From contig OY761556.1 in the NCBI GenBank assembly GCA_963664705.1, forward strand, positions 4,256,001 through 4,320,000: DNA of 64,000 bases, given 5' to 3'. Of this stretch, positions 18,931 through 29,707 are shown one piece after another. The position numbers and the translations under genes are program-made. How positions within the stretch are numbered: the stretch's first letter is position 1; every line of letters begins with the position of its first letter. Below the pieces are notes generated by a model. The model saw only the letters and a list, made by a program, of their open reading frames with translations, was not told the origin of the DNA and did no database searches. This DNA comes from Acidobacteriota bacterium. Lineage in GTDB: Bacteria; Acidobacteriota; UBA6911.

Positions 18931-19731
18931 CTATCCGAATCTGCCCGAAATGTAGTCCGCGGTCTGTTTCTCTCTGGGCGTGGTAAAAAGATCCTCTGTC
19001 TTCTGCAATTCAATAAGCTTGCCGAACAAAAAAAACGCGGTTCTGTCAGAAGCTCGGGCTGCCTGCTTGACATTGTTGGTAACCAGAACAACCGTGAGGT
19101 CCTTTTTCAACTGTTGAAGCGCGTCTTCGATTCTCCGTGTCGAAATCGGATCCAGACCGGAACAGGGTTCATCCAGTAAAAGTACCGAGGGCTCCAAAGT
19201 TAATGTTCTTGCCAGGCAAAGCCGCTGTTGCTGGCCTCCAGACAAGTTGCCGGCCGGCTCATCGAGCCTGTCTTTAACTTCTTCCCAAAGATAGGCCTCA
19301 CGAAGAGCCTTCTCGACTCTTTCGTCCCGCCGGCTTCTCTCGTTCTGGCGCAAATTCAGACCGAATGTGAGATTCCGGTAAATTGTCATCGGCAAGGTCA
19401 CAGGGACCGAAAAAACCATACCAACCTTGCGTCGCAGCACAGCCACGGGAATAGTGCGATCATAAACCGATTGGCCATTCAGGAGAACTTCGCCGGAAAT
19501 CCGCCAGTCAGGATCCAAATCCAGCATCCGGTTAAGGCTGCGCAGAAATGTGGTTTTGCCGGCGCCTGCCGGACCAATAACAGACAGAATCTCGCCTCTG
19601 CGAGCATCCAGGGTGATGCCGCTGAGAATTTCGGCGGATCCATACTGCACACGCAGGTCCCGCGAACATATTCCCGAAAACAGCTGCGGGTCGGATTCGG
19701 GTTTGAGTGCCCGTTCAATGTTATCGTCCAT
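18931..19731 (-). CDS. pstB: PstB paralog with degenerate Q-loop and H-switch
   Basis: GPAGAGKT, VFSVP, LSGGQQQR, DEPCSGLDP, VTNN and C-terminal GRFG. Confidence 0.85.
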   Translation of the reverse strand: MDDNIERALKPESDPQLFSGICSRDLRVQYGSAEILSGITLDARRGEILSVIGPAGAGKTTFLRSLNRMLDLDPDWRISGEVLLNGQSVYDRTIPVAVLRRKVGMVFSVPVTLPMTIYRNLTFGLNLRQNERSRRDERVEKALREAYLWEEVKDRLDEPAGNLSGGQQQRLCLARTLTLEPSVLLLDEPCSGLDPISTRRIEDALQQLKKDLTVVLVTNNVKQAARASDRTAFFLFGKLIELQKTEDLFTTPREKQTADYISGRFG

Positions 19732-20644
19732 CGCGAAGCTTCTTACGAATGCGAGCCCGTATCAGGATCGCGGTGAAGTTCAGCAGAAACGTGAGCATTA
19801 ACAGAACCAATACAGTCGAGTACAGAGCCGGCTTGGTCGCCTCAACATCAAACGCCTGCGTACTCATGACATATACGTGATATCCAAGTTCCATGAACTG
19901 ATGGTGCAGCTGCGTTGGAAGCTGGGGCAGTGAATAGGCAGCACCGGTAAACATGACCGGAGCGACCTCTCCCGAGCCGCGACTGACCGCAAGAATGCCA
20001 CCCGTCAATATCCCACCGGCAGCCTGCGGCAGAATAACGCGCGAAATCATCTGCCACCGTGTTGCACCCAATGAATAGGCAACCTCCCGGTAGCTCGCCG
20101 GTATCGCTCTCAGCGCTTCTTCGGTGGCGACGACCACTGTCGGAAGGGTAAGCAGCGCCATTGTCAGCGCCGACCAAAGGATTGCGGGCTGACCATATAC
20201 AAGTCTCCCTCCATACAAGCCCTTGTCCAGCCCACGTCCGACAAATTCGATGAAGAAACCAACGCCGAAGAGGCCAAAAACAATCGCAGGCACTCCCGCA
20301 AGATTTTGAATCGCAAGGCGCACCACGTGAACCAGCCGTGAACGCTTGGGAGCATATTCATGCATATAAACAGCGGTGGCAACGCCAAGCGGAATCACAG
20401 CAATCGTCATGAGAATAACCAGCGCCGCTGTCCCGAAAATTGCCGGGAAAATGCCTCCCTTTGTAAAATGCTCTCTCGGTGGTTCGGAGAGGAATTCCCA
20501 GGTGAGTTTCTGGGTACCATGCAAGACAATATTGCCGATGATTATCGCAACAATGACGATGATTATCAGGCAGGCAAAAGCTGTCAGGCCCTTCATTGCT
20601 CCGCCCGTAAGCCGGGTCCGTTCCAGCCAATTCGAACGAATCAT
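19721..20644 (-). CDS. pstA: Phosphate ABC permease PstA (copy 1)
   Basis: [24 protein letters not shown] and GEVAP motifs. ATG20644 overlaps the pstC stop. Confidence 0.92.
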   Translation of the reverse strand: MIRSNWLERTRLTGGAMKGLTAFACLIIIVIVAIIIGNIVLHGTQKLTWEFLSEPPREHFTKGGIFPAIFGTAALVILMTIAVIPLGVATAVYMHEYAPKRSRLVHVVRLAIQNLAGVPAIVFGLFGVGFFIEFVGRGLDKGLYGGRLVYGQPAILWSALTMALLTLPTVVVATEEALRAIPASYREVAYSLGATRWQMISRVILPQAAGGILTGGILAVSRGSGEVAPVMFTGAAYSLPQLPTQLHHQFMELGYHVYVMSTQAFDVEATKPALYSTVLVLLMLTFLLNFTAILIRARIRKKLRDGR

Positions 20645-21633
20645 GCCGCCCCCTGCAGTCTCTTCTGAAGTTTGCCCACCCACCAGCGGCCAATCAGGTT
20701 AATGACGAAGGTAATGACAAAGAGGAAGGCGCCGATGAAAAACAGAACATGATAATGAGGGCTCCCTTGCACCAGTTCGCCTAGTTCGGCGGCAATTGTC
20801 GCCGAAAAAGTGCGCATGGAGTCGACAGGAGACCATGAAATCACAGGTGCATTCCCGGACGCCATCAGCACGATCATTGTTTCTCCAATGGCTCGCCCGA
20901 ATCCAAGAACGCAGGCAGCCAGCACGCCGGGCATTGCCGCAGGAAGCACAACACGCGATGCGGTCTGCCACGAAGATGCACCCATTGCCACGGACCCTTC
21001 ACGGAAAGCCTGGGGTACGGACGAGAACGCATCTTCCGATACCGTGTACACAATAGGAATGACAGCAAGACTGAGCCCGATGCCAGCCGTCAGCGCATTC
21101 AGTCGAAACGTCCAGCCAAAGGCACCTTGAAGCCAACTAGCGATTACCATGAGACAGAAAAACCCGACAACAACACTGGGAATGCCCGCCAGGATTTCAA
21201 TGCATGGCTTGATGGTTTCTCGTGCCCAGGTAGGTGCAAATTCCGATGTGAACAGAGCGGCGGCGACCGCCAGTGGAATTGCAATCAGCACGGCAATGAC
21301 GGTTACCTTCAGCGTCCCGATGAAAAGAGGCAACAACGAATATTTTGGAGTTTCCGATATAGGTTGCCAGTCGAATTCAGCAGCCTTGCCCTGCGCCTGT
21401 TGAGGCAGGAAAAGCCTGGAAAGGCTAGCCTCTTTCTGAACCTCGTGCGAAGTCAGGACCGGCAGCGCCTCTTTGCCAATAAAGATAAATATCAGGATAA
21501 GCGAAAGGATCGCAATAAATGCGCTTCCCTTAATGGCCCACGAGGCCACCGTGTCGCTCATATCTCCCGGTCGCCGCCAAATCGGAACGGATACTACTTC
21601 TGCACGATAGGGTAATACCCCACTGATTCGCAT
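20641..21633 (-). CDS. pstC: Phosphate ABC permease PstC (copy 1)
   Basis: LAGIPSVVVGF and GRAIGETMIVLMASGN motifs. The true start is probably nearer 21561-21600. Confidence 0.92.
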   Translation of the reverse strand: MRISGVLPYRAEVVSVPIWRRPGDMSDTVASWAIKGSAFIAILSLILIFIFIGKEALPVLTSHEVQKEASLSRLFLPQQAQGKAAEFDWQPISETPKYSLLPLFIGTLKVTVIAVLIAIPLAVAAALFTSEFAPTWARETIKPCIEILAGIPSVVVGFFCLMVIASWLQGAFGWTFRLNALTAGIGLSLAVIPIVYTVSEDAFSSVPQAFREGSVAMGASSWQTASRVVLPAAMPGVLAACVLGFGRAIGETMIVLMASGNAPVISWSPVDSMRTFSATIAAELGELVQGSPHYHVLFFIGAFLFVITFVINLIGRWWVGKLQKRLQGAA

Positions 21634-22469
21634 AGCTTTTGTCCTTCAGCACCAAGTACCCAGTCGACAAAGGATTTCGTGTTTCCGGAAGGCTCGCCAA
21701 CTGTGTAGAAGTAGAGGTTTCTGGACAAAGGGTATTGCCCGCTCTTTACCGTAGCTAACGAGGGTGCAAACGGTTCACTGCCTGCATCTTTTCGGATCGG
21801 AACCACGCGTATACCCGAGGCGTACGCTATGCCACCGTAGCCAATGGATGCGGCATCTTTCGAAACGGCATTAACAATTGCACCGGTTCCCGGCAGCGTC
21901 TGGACCTCCCGGGCAAAATCCTCTTTGCCCAGAACATGCTCCTTGAAGAACTGATACGTACCCGAACTGTTTTCCCGGCCGTATACCACAATCCTGGTAT
22001 CCTTGCCGCCCAGCTCGCGCCAGTTTGTGATTTTTCCGGTATAGACATCTTTGATCTGAGCCTGCGTGAGCTCCTTGATTGGATTGGATTGGCTGACATA
22101 GATAGCCAGTCCGTCCAAAGCAACAGCGATTTCCTTGACCGGTTTCCCCTGCCGACTGCTGACCTGCTCCCGCTCAACGCCCTTCATGGGACGCGAAGCT
22201 TCGCAAATATCGGTTCCGCCATTGATCAATGCGGCAATCCCAACTCCGGAGCCCCCGCCGGTGACTTGAATCGTCAGACCAGGATGCTCTTTCATATAAT
22301 TCTCAGCCCAGCTTTGCGCAAGAATAACCATGGTATCCGAACCCTTTACCGTTACGGGCTTGAGATCAGCGCCGGAATCGGAACCACCACCGCAACCAGT
22401 AACCACCAGCATCAATGCCAAAAGGATACAAAGCACGATATACCTGTTCAAATCACCACCTCCCGACAA
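21594..22469 (-). CDS. pstS: Phosphate-binding lipoprotein PstS (copy 1)
   Basis: Lipobox-like VVTGC, then KGSDTM, GGGSGVG, ASR and RENSSGT motifs. Confidence 0.9.
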   Translation of the reverse strand: MSGGGDLNRYIVLCILLALMLVVTGCGGGSDSGADLKPVTVKGSDTMVILAQSWAENYMKEHPGLTIQVTGGGSGVGIAALINGGTDICEASRPMKGVEREQVSSRQGKPVKEIAVALDGLAIYVSQSNPIKELTQAQIKDVYTGKITNWRELGGKDTRIVVYGRENSSGTYQFFKEHVLGKEDFAREVQTLPGTGAIVNAVSKDAASIGYGGIAYASGIRVVPIRKDAGSEPFAPSLATVKSGQYPLSRNLYFYTVGEPSGNTKSFVDWVLGAEGQKLCESVGYYPIVQK

Positions 22470-22487
22470 AGATGATAGGCTTCTTAT

Positions 22488-22526
22488 GTAAAGATATGAC
22501 GAGGGTTGTATTAAGATTCGATTAAG
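22488..22526 (-). promoter_or_regulatory. Pho-box-like 11-bp-periodic direct repeats upstream of pstS1
   Basis: Minus strand CTTAAT-CGAAT-CTTAAT-N16-CTTTAC, with units in 11-bp register. Confidence 0.65.
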
Positions 22527-22703
22527 AATGAATTTTCCGGATTCAATATTTGAAATTTCGGATTAATCTTGATTTGGAAATCCCTAAGCCGAGGAATATC
22601 TGCACGGTTTCCTGGCATGGCAGGCAAAGGGTAATAGTCCAGTATCGTGCAGTTGCGGCGGGCACAGGAACCGCGCAGCAACATCTCCGGCAACAAGAGG
22701 ATA

Positions 22704-24467
22704 ATGAGAAACATGGCGTCGACTCCAAGGCCAAAAAACCGACTTTTCTGGAAAATCGGCTTTATTTGTCTATTGATGTTGCTTGTGGTTCTTTTTGTTT
22801 TGGACACATACGTCGTTCAGGCGCTGAAACGCGAGTATCTGGAGGCAGCGTTCTCCCAGTTGGAGTCACTTGCAAACCTGGCTCTCACTAAGCCTCCTGA
22901 ATTGGCTAACATTGCGGACTGGTCTCACTGGCTGTCCCGAAGCGGGGTACGAGTCACCATAGTAATGTCGGACGGGACTGTCATCGCTGATTCCAACGAG
23001 AATCCGGCGAAGATGGAAAATCACCGGGAACGGCCTGAGATACGGAATGCCTTTGAGAATGGCTCCGGGCGGGCCGTGCGTTACAGCGCAACTCTCAAAC
23101 ATGACCTGGTCTATTTTGCCCAGCGATTTGAAACCGCTTCATCCCAAATAGTCCTGCGCTTATCCATTCCCGTCTATCGTCTGAACGAAGGAGTCGCGGG
23201 TTTTCGACGGAGGCTCTGGAGTGTCTCGCTACTGCTATTAGCCCTGACCGGGGGCCTTTCGCTTCTTCTCTTTCGCCGGATTTCGAATCGCATCGGACGG
23301 CTGACCGATTTTTCCCGTCGAGTTGCAGAAGGCGATTTCCGACTGATGCCCATTGAAAAGAGCAATGACGAATTGGGAGACCTTTCCAAAAGCCTGAATC
23401 AATCTGCGCAGCAACTGGATCGAACCATCCTCAGTCTGACTGAAGAGCGAAACCAGTCTGCCGCCATTCTCGCAAGCATGGAAGAAGGCGTTGTGGTGAT
23501 TGGTACCGACCAGCGGGTAAGCTTCTGCAATAGAGCATTCCGCCAGGCGGCTGGCATTGCGGAATCAATGTGGGAGGGCCGGCCGGCCGTGGAATTGATC
23601 GCTCACTCGGATCTATTGTCCATTATTCGGAAGGCGCTGGAGAGCAAGTCCATCATGCATGGAGAAGTGGTTGTCGGGTCGATCCGAACCAGGAGTTTTG
23701 CCGTAACCTCGACTCCCATCCGTTCCGGCGCGCATATATCAGGCGCCGTCATGGTACTGCACGATATCAGCGAAATACGGAGGCTGGAGCGGGCCCGCCG
23801 GGATTTTGTCGCGAATGTCTCCCACGAATTCAAAACACCTCTGACTGCCATACAGGGTTTTTCCGAAACCCTACTGGAAGGAGCGCTTGAAGATGAAGCA
23901 AATCGACGGCGCTTTATAGAAATCATACACGATCATTCTTTGCGGTTGGGACGACTGACCAACGATCTGCTTCGGCTGGCACAAATGGAAGCCGGACAGC
24001 TCCGCCCGGAGCTCAAACCGGTTCGGGTAGAGGAAATCATCGAGGGATGCCTGGATACATCTCGTGTAAAAGCAGCACAAAAACAGCTGGGATTGGAAAT
24101 TCATTCCACGCAAGGACTGCCGGCTGTATCCGGAGATCTCGGCCTCCTGCAGGGTGTTTTGCAGGAACTACTGGATAACGCAATACGCTACTCGTTGCCG
24201 GATGGCATGATCACAATACAAACACTTCGACAGAACAATTCCGTCGTCATATCGATATCGGATACGGGAATAGGCATTCCCAAGGCCGATCAGGAAAGGA
24301 TATTTGAAAGATTCTACAGAACGGATCCGGCACGATCGCGAGAGTCGGGAGGAACGGGATTAGGTCTTTCAATTGCCAAGCACCTGATCGAGCTGCATGG
24401 TGGACGCATTCAGGTTGAAAGCGAGGTAGGTAAGGGCTCTACTTTTTCGATCTTCCTGCCGATCTAG
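22704..24467 (+). CDS. phoR: Phosphate regulon sensor kinase PhoR (TM-HAMP-PAS-HisKA-HATPase)
   Basis: ENHRERPE, FVANVSHEFKTPLTAI and GGTGLGLSIAKH motifs plus pst context. Start is 22704 or 22713. Confidence 0.88.
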   Translation: MRNMASTPRPKNRLFWKIGFICLLMLLVVLFVLDTYVVQALKREYLEAAFSQLESLANLALTKPPELANIADWSHWLSRSGVRVTIVMSDGTVIADSNENPAKMENHRERPEIRNAFENGSGRAVRYSATLKHDLVYFAQRFETASSQIVLRLSIPVYRLNEGVAGFRRRLWSVSLLLLALTGGLSLLLFRRISNRIGRLTDFSRRVAEGDFRLMPIEKSNDELGDLSKSLNQSAQQLDRTILSLTEERNQSAAILASMEEGVVVIGTDQRVSFCNRAFRQAAGIAESMWEGRPAVELIAHSDLLSIIRKALESKSIMHGEVVVGSIRTRSFAVTSTPIRSGAHISGAVMVLHDISEIRRLERARRDFVANVSHEFKTPLTAIQGFSETLLEGALEDEANRRRFIEIIHDHSLRLGRLTNDLLRLAQMEAGQLRPELKPVRVEEIIEGCLDTSRVKAAQKQLGLEIHSTQGLPAVSGDLGLLQGVLQELLDNAIRYSLPDGMITIQTLRQNNSVVISISDTGIGIPKADQERIFERFYRTDPARSRESGGTGLGLSIAKHLIELHGGRIQVESEVGKGSTFSIFLPI

Positions 24468-24473
24468 CCTGGA

Positions 24474-25157
24474 TTATTCCTTGAAGCGGTAGCCAAAACC
24501 ACGAACTGTCTCGATGCACTCTCCACAGGAGCCCAGCTTTTTTCTCAATCCCGTGATGTGAACATCGATAGTGCGATCCACGACGGAAATTTCCCTGCCC
24601 AGCGCGCCATCAATCAACTCGGACCTGGAAAATACCTGCCCCGGATGATCCGCAAGAAAATGCAACAGCCGAAACTCAGACGCCGTCACAGGAATCGCCT
24701 TCCCATCACAACTTATTTCGCGCCGTGACAGATCAATCGCAAGTGCGCCGTGGCGGATTACCGGCAGAATCGAAGCCTGTCCGGCCGTACGACGCAACAC
24801 TGCCTTGACTCTCGCTGCCAGTTCGCGCGGACTGAACGGTTTGGTGACATAATCATCCGCTCCAAGTTCCAGGCCGACAATGCGGTCGGATTCCGCAGAC
24901 TTGGCCGTCAACATGATTATTGGAATTCCACCGGTTTTGGTGTCTGCGCGCAGCCGACGGCAAACCTCCAGGCCATCGATACCCGGCAGCATCAGATCCA
25001 CGATTACCAGGTCCGGAATATCCCGCTGAACCGCCGATACGCCGGATTCGCCATCGATGGCGCCTTTGATAAGATACCCCTCCTTCTCCAGGCTATATTT
25101 AACCAGTTCGATGATGTCCCGTTCATCGTCTATAACAAGTACCGTACCTTTCGGCAT
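24474..25157 (-). CDS. phoB: Phosphate regulon response regulator PhoB/PhoP (OmpR family)
   Basis: DLMLPG, GADDYVTKPFS, RTIDVHI and ETVRGFGY motifs. Follows phoU. Confidence 0.85.
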   Translation of the reverse strand: MPKGTVLVIDDERDIIELVKYSLEKEGYLIKGAIDGESGVSAVQRDIPDLVIVDLMLPGIDGLEVCRRLRADTKTGGIPIIMLTAKSAESDRIVGLELGADDYVTKPFSPRELAARVKAVLRRTAGQASILPVIRHGALAIDLSRREISCDGKAIPVTASEFRLLHFLADHPGQVFSRSELIDGALGREISVVDRTIDVHITGLRKKLGSCGECIETVRGFGYRFKE

Positions 25158-25237
25158 ATAAGTCACTCCAATTCGCGCTCCAACTAATACCACAAATGGC
25201 CTTCACTGGATAGGAAATCAGAAGGAGGAATGATCCA

Positions 25238-25912
25238 TCAAAACGCCTTGATAGGAACCTGTTGGGCATGGTGCCTTACATCGATACCCTGCATAAAAAA
25301 AAGCACGTCTTCCGCAATGTTGGTGGCATGATCGGCCAGCCGCTCCAGCCCTCTTGCGACGAACAAATAATCGATACCCGGATGAATTCTGCTGGAATCT
25401 GCCTCCATATAGAGGACGATTTCGCTATACATTTCATCTCGCAGACGATCTACGGCGTCATCCGAGGTCAAAACCTCCTTCGCCAATTCGGTGTCTTTGC
25501 GCATAAAGGCATCAATACTGTTCCGAATCATATCTTCGGCCAGACGGGCCATATAGGGAATGTCAATTTTCGGAACAACGGCAGGCAAGTTCAACAACGA
25601 TACCGCGCGTTGAGCAATATTGACGGCGATATCACCCATCCTCTCCAGGTTATTGTTTATCTTCATCGACATCGTCACAAACCGCAGATCCACAGCTACC
25701 GGCTGCTGCAACGCCAACAGCCGGATTGCTGAATTGTCAATCAGGATCTCCAACTGGTTAATGCGGGATTCATTCTCAAATACCCTGTGAGCGGACGTCT
25801 CGTCGTGCTGAACGACTGCAATCACACTGCGGTGGATGGAGTCTTCCACCAAACCGGTCATCTCGAGCAGGTGCCCGTTCAGGGCTTCCAGTTCTTCAAA
25901 AAAGTGCTGCAA
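25238..25912 (-). CDS. phoU: PhoU (copy 2)
   Basis: NLERMGD and LERLADHATNIAE motifs. Confidence 0.92.
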   Translation of the reverse strand: MQHFFEELEALNGHLLEMTGLVEDSIHRSVIAVVQHDETSAHRVFENESRINQLEILIDNSAIRLLALQQPVAVDLRFVTMSMKINNNLERMGDIAVNIAQRAVSLLNLPAVVPKIDIPYMARLAEDMIRNSIDAFMRKDTELAKEVLTSDDAVDRLRDEMYSEIVLYMEADSSRIHPGIDYLFVARGLERLADHATNIAEDVLFFMQGIDVRHHAQQVPIKAF

Positions 25913-25933
25913 TTTGATAGTCCTCCCCTATTA

Positions 25934-26779
25934 TTAGCCGAATCGTCCGGTGATATAATCTTCGGTCCGCTTATCTCTCGGGTTGGTGAAAATCAGGTCG
26001 GTAGGTCCGAACTCGACAAGTTCTCCCTGCAGGAAAAAGGCCGTGTAGTCGCTGACCCTGGCAGCCTGCTGCATGTTATGGGTCACGATCACAATGGTGT
26101 AGTCTTTCTTCAGCTTGAAGATCAGATCTTCGATCTTCGCAGTGGAAATCGGATCCAGGGCCGATGCCGGTTCATCCATCAGCAGGATCTGCGGACGCAC
26201 TGCCAAGGCACGTGCGATGCAGAGACGCTGCTGCTCCCCACCCGACATGCTCAGGGCACTCTTATGCAGACGCCCCTGGACCTCATCCCAAATGGCCGCC
26301 TGGCGCAGCGCCTCCTCTATCCGGGATTCCCTATCCGATGCGGATTTGGTCAGGTTGTTAATGCGCAGACCATAGGCAACATTCTCAAAGATCGTCTTGG
26401 GAAATGGATTCGGCTGCTGAAAGACCATCCCGATATTCCGACGCAAAGCCACAACATCAATATCCGAACCGATAATGTTCTGCCCATCTACCAGTATCTG
26501 ACCTTCCATCCGGACATTCGGAATTACATCATTCATTCGGTTTAACGAACGCAGAAATGTGGACTTTCCGCAGCCGGAAGGCCCGATAATGGATGTGACC
26601 TGCCGAGCATAAATATCCATGTTGATGCCGCGCAGAGCCTTCCGGGAGCCGTACCAGAAGTTAAAGTCCTTCACGGCAACGCGAACATCCCGAATCCCTG
26701 CATTCTCCGATCCGGAGAGACGGCTGGGCACCTCGGTACGAATGCCCTGAAATTGAGTGTTTGCAGCACTGGAAATCAT
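25934..26779 (-). CDS. pstB: Phosphate ABC ATPase PstB (canonical)
   Basis: [31 protein letters not shown] and GRFG motifs. Confidence 0.94.
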   Translation of the reverse strand: MISSAANTQFQGIRTEVPSRLSGSENAGIRDVRVAVKDFNFWYGSRKALRGINMDIYARQVTSIIGPSGCGKSTFLRSLNRMNDVIPNVRMEGQILVDGQNIIGSDIDVVALRRNIGMVFQQPNPFPKTIFENVAYGLRINNLTKSASDRESRIEEALRQAAIWDEVQGRLHKSALSMSGGEQQRLCIARALAVRPQILLMDEPASALDPISTAKIEDLIFKLKKDYTIVIVTHNMQQAARVSDYTAFFLQGELVEFGPTDLIFTNPRDKRTEDYITGRFG

Positions 26780-27687
26780 TAGAGGCTCCGATGGGCCACA
26801 CGCATGCGTGCCCGGATGGCAACAGCGACGGCATTCAGAAGGAATGTCAACGCCAACAGAACAAAAACGGTGGAATAGAGAATCGGCTTGGTCGCATCCA
26901 CGTCGGGGGACTGGGTGGACATGATGAATACGTGATATCCCAGGTTCATGAACTGGTCATTGAGCCGCGTGGGAATCTTCGGCAGGTAATAAGCCGCCCC
27001 GACGAATAGTATCGGCGCCACTTCCCCGGCTGCCCGGCTGATTGCCAGAATGGAGCCGGTAAGAACACCGGGCATGGCGTGCGGCAACACTACGCGGAAC
27101 ACAGCCTGGGATTTGGTGGAGCCCAATGCATAGCTGGCCTCTCGATAGCTCCGCGGGACCGATTGCAGCGCCTCTTCCACGCTGACAATGACAACCGGCA
27201 AGGTCAGGACAGCCATGGTCAGGGCGCCCCAGATAATCGCCGGCTGCCCAAATGCCATTTCGCCATGATTGAAAGCCCGGTCCATTCCTTTGCCCAGGAA
27301 TTGAACAAAAAAGCCCAAACCGTAAAGGCCGAATACAATGGAGGGCACACCGGCCAGGTTATTCACAGCCTGTCGCGAAATATGATAGAACCAGGATCGC
27401 CTGTTCGCATATTCGGAGAAGTAGATTGCAACGAAAACACCGGCCGGAGCTACGATGATGGTCATCAGAAAAACCAGAGCCGAGGTTCCGAAAATGGCCG
27501 GAAAAATACCGCCCCCGGTCATTCCATCTGAAGGCGCGGATGCAAGGAATTTCCAGGACAGCCTCTCCCAACCATTGTAGAAAATGATCCCAACCATAAC
27601 TGCAAGAATGGCAATAATGAAAACTCCGGCCAGCGCGGTCAGCCAGCGATTCACCCGATCGAACATAAGTCTCTGCTGATCGTTCAC
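26779..27687 (-). CDS. pstA: Phosphate ABC permease PstA (copy 2)
   Basis: [14 protein letters not shown] and GEVAP motifs. Confidence 0.93.
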   Translation of the reverse strand: MNDQQRLMFDRVNRWLTALAGVFIIAILAVMVGIIFYNGWERLSWKFLASAPSDGMTGGGIFPAIFGTSALVFLMTIIVAPAGVFVAIYFSEYANRRSWFYHISRQAVNNLAGVPSIVFGLYGLGFFVQFLGKGMDRAFNHGEMAFGQPAIIWGALTMAVLTLPVVIVSVEEALQSVPRSYREASYALGSTKSQAVFRVVLPHAMPGVLTGSILAISRAAGEVAPILFVGAAYYLPKIPTRLNDQFMNLGYHVFIMSTQSPDVDATKPILYSTVFVLLALTFLLNAVAVAIRARMRVAHRSL

Positions 27688-28701
27688 TTAGGATTCTCCC
27701 AACAACCGAGTTTTAAGGTGGTTGATGACCCAGGCCCCCGCACTGTTCAGGACAAAGGTTATCAGGAACAACAAAAGACCCAGGAAAAACAGGACGCGGT
27801 AATGCGGGCTTCCGAAAACTACCTCAGCCAATTCCGCAGCAATGGTGGCAGGAAGTGTACGTGCCGAGTCCGTGAACAGCCATGAGGAGATTGCCGCATT
27901 ACCGGAAGCCATCAGTACAATCATGGTTTCACCGATGGCCCGGCCAAACCCAAGAACAATGCCGGCAAAGATGCCCGGCATGGCCGCAGGGATGACTACA
28001 CGGATTGTGGTTTCCGTTCGCGTTGCGCCCAGAGCCCACGAGGCTTCCCGAAGCTTGCGCGGGACGGCCGAGAGCGCATCTTCACAGACCGTATAGATAA
28101 TCGGGATTACCGCAAGGCTGAGCGCTATCCCTGCGGTAAAGGCATTCAGCCTGTAATCAAAATTAAAGAGGTCCTGAAACCAGGATGCCAGCACAATCAG
28201 GGCAAAGAATCCCAAAACTACAGACGGAAAGCCGGCAAGCAATTCAACAACGGGCTTGAAAACCTCGCGCGTCCATTTGCGCGCAAATTCGGCTGTATAG
28301 ACCGCAGCCGCGAGGGAAATGGGAACTGAGAAAAGCATCGCCACGAGCGTGACTTTCAAGGTTCCCTGGAGGAGGGGCATCAAGCTGTATTTCGGCTCCG
28401 TTGATACGGGATGCCATGAATACCGCAGGGGCGCCTCGGGAGTACCGTAGCTCTGCGGCATAAAGAGGCGCCCCCACCCCACTTCCTTGACCGATGCCGG
28501 CTCGTAAAAGAGCGGAATAGCTTCTTTGGCAATAAACACCAGGATAAGAAACATGATCGCGATGGAAAGCCAGGCACTCAGGCGAATAAAGCGCTCGATA
28601 GCCCAATCCCGCGCTTTCTGCATGCTGATTCCGCGTTTGCGAAGTTGCAGGACCGGCACAACGGTTTCAGAATTTACAGTATTCGTTTGCATTGTTCTCA
28701 T
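27688..28701 (-). CDS. pstC: Phosphate ABC permease PstC (copy 2)
   Basis: LAGFPSVVLGF and GRAIGETM motifs. Confidence 0.93.
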   Translation of the reverse strand: MRTMQTNTVNSETVVPVLQLRKRGISMQKARDWAIERFIRLSAWLSIAIMFLILVFIAKEAIPLFYEPASVKEVGWGRLFMPQSYGTPEAPLRYSWHPVSTEPKYSLMPLLQGTLKVTLVAMLFSVPISLAAAVYTAEFARKWTREVFKPVVELLAGFPSVVLGFFALIVLASWFQDLFNFDYRLNAFTAGIALSLAVIPIIYTVCEDALSAVPRKLREASWALGATRTETTIRVVIPAAMPGIFAGIVLGFGRAIGETMIVLMASGNAAISSWLFTDSARTLPATIAAELAEVVFGSPHYRVLFFLGLLLFLITFVLNSAGAWVINHLKTRLLGES

Positions 28702-28741
28702 CGCTTTTCACGTTTCGAAGTCCTGCTCGATCGTATATCCG

Positions 28742-29659
28742 CTATTTTTTCCCTGCCGCCGGCTTTGCCTTGGCCGGAGTCGCAGCAGATGTCAGTTTGG
28801 CTATGACATCCGCAGGCAACGGATAGTAGCCGACTTCACTGATCACGGCCTGACCTTCACCGGTGAGCACCCAGTCAGCCAGCTTCCTGATCTGATCCTT
28901 GGGTTGACCTGCCATGTACCAATAGAGGAACCGGCTGATCGGATAAATATTCCTTTGCACGTTATCCAGGGTCGGTTCCACACCCGGTGTTGATGCGTTC
29001 TTCTTGACCTTCAAAGCTTTTACGCCCTTCAAATAGGCGATCCCGCCGTATCCGATGCCGCGGAAGTCTTTCGATACGGCATTGATGACCGCAGCCGTTC
29101 CCGGAAGTGTTTGTGTGGTGGGGTAGTAGTCTGCGTTTTCGAGCACATGCTCTTTGAAGTAGGAGTAGGTGCCGGAGCTGTTTTCTCGTCCGTACAGGAT
29201 GATGCGTTCATCCGCACCACCGACTTCCTTCCAGTTCTTCACGGCACCGGTGTAGATCTTCTTCAACTGTTCCAGCGTCAGTTCAGTCAAAGGATTTCTT
29301 TCATGCACATATACGGCGAGTCCATCCAGAGCAACCGGAAGCTCGAAGGCAGGAAGGCTGCGGTTCTTCATCAACTGCTCTTTCTCCGAATCCTTCATCG
29401 GGCGAGAGGCCTCGGCAATGTCGGTTGTTCCATTGATCAGAGCCGAAAGTCCTACGCCGGAACCGCCACCCGTGACCTGAATCGTCACCCCCGCATTCTT
29501 CTTCATGTAAGTCTCTGCCCAGCGCTGACCGAGCAAAACCATGGTGTCGGATCCTTTGACCGAGATATTGCGTCCCTGGGCCGAAGCCGGGATGGACGCT
29601 GCTGTGCCGAGGAGGATACAGAGTCCCAGCATAGCTAGAGTTGCAATCATTCTTTTCAT
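28742..29659 (-). CDS. pstS: Periplasmic phosphate-binding protein PstS (copy 2)
   Basis: Sec signal (ASA-Q), then KGSDTM, GGGSGVG and RENSSGT motifs. AGGAGA RBS before ATG29659. Confidence 0.92.
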   Translation of the reverse strand: MKRMIATLAMLGLCILLGTAASIPASAQGRNISVKGSDTMVLLGQRWAETYMKKNAGVTIQVTGGGSGVGLSALINGTTDIAEASRPMKDSEKEQLMKNRSLPAFELPVALDGLAVYVHERNPLTELTLEQLKKIYTGAVKNWKEVGGADERIILYGRENSSGTYSYFKEHVLENADYYPTTQTLPGTAAVINAVSKDFRGIGYGGIAYLKGVKALKVKKNASTPGVEPTLDNVQRNIYPISRFLYWYMAGQPKDQIRKLADWVLTGEGQAVISEVGYYPLPADVIAKLTSAATPAKAKPAAGKK

Positions 29660-29707
29660 TTCTAATCTCCTATTCAGATGAGAGGCTGGTTTCATTCAGC
29701 TCGTTCC

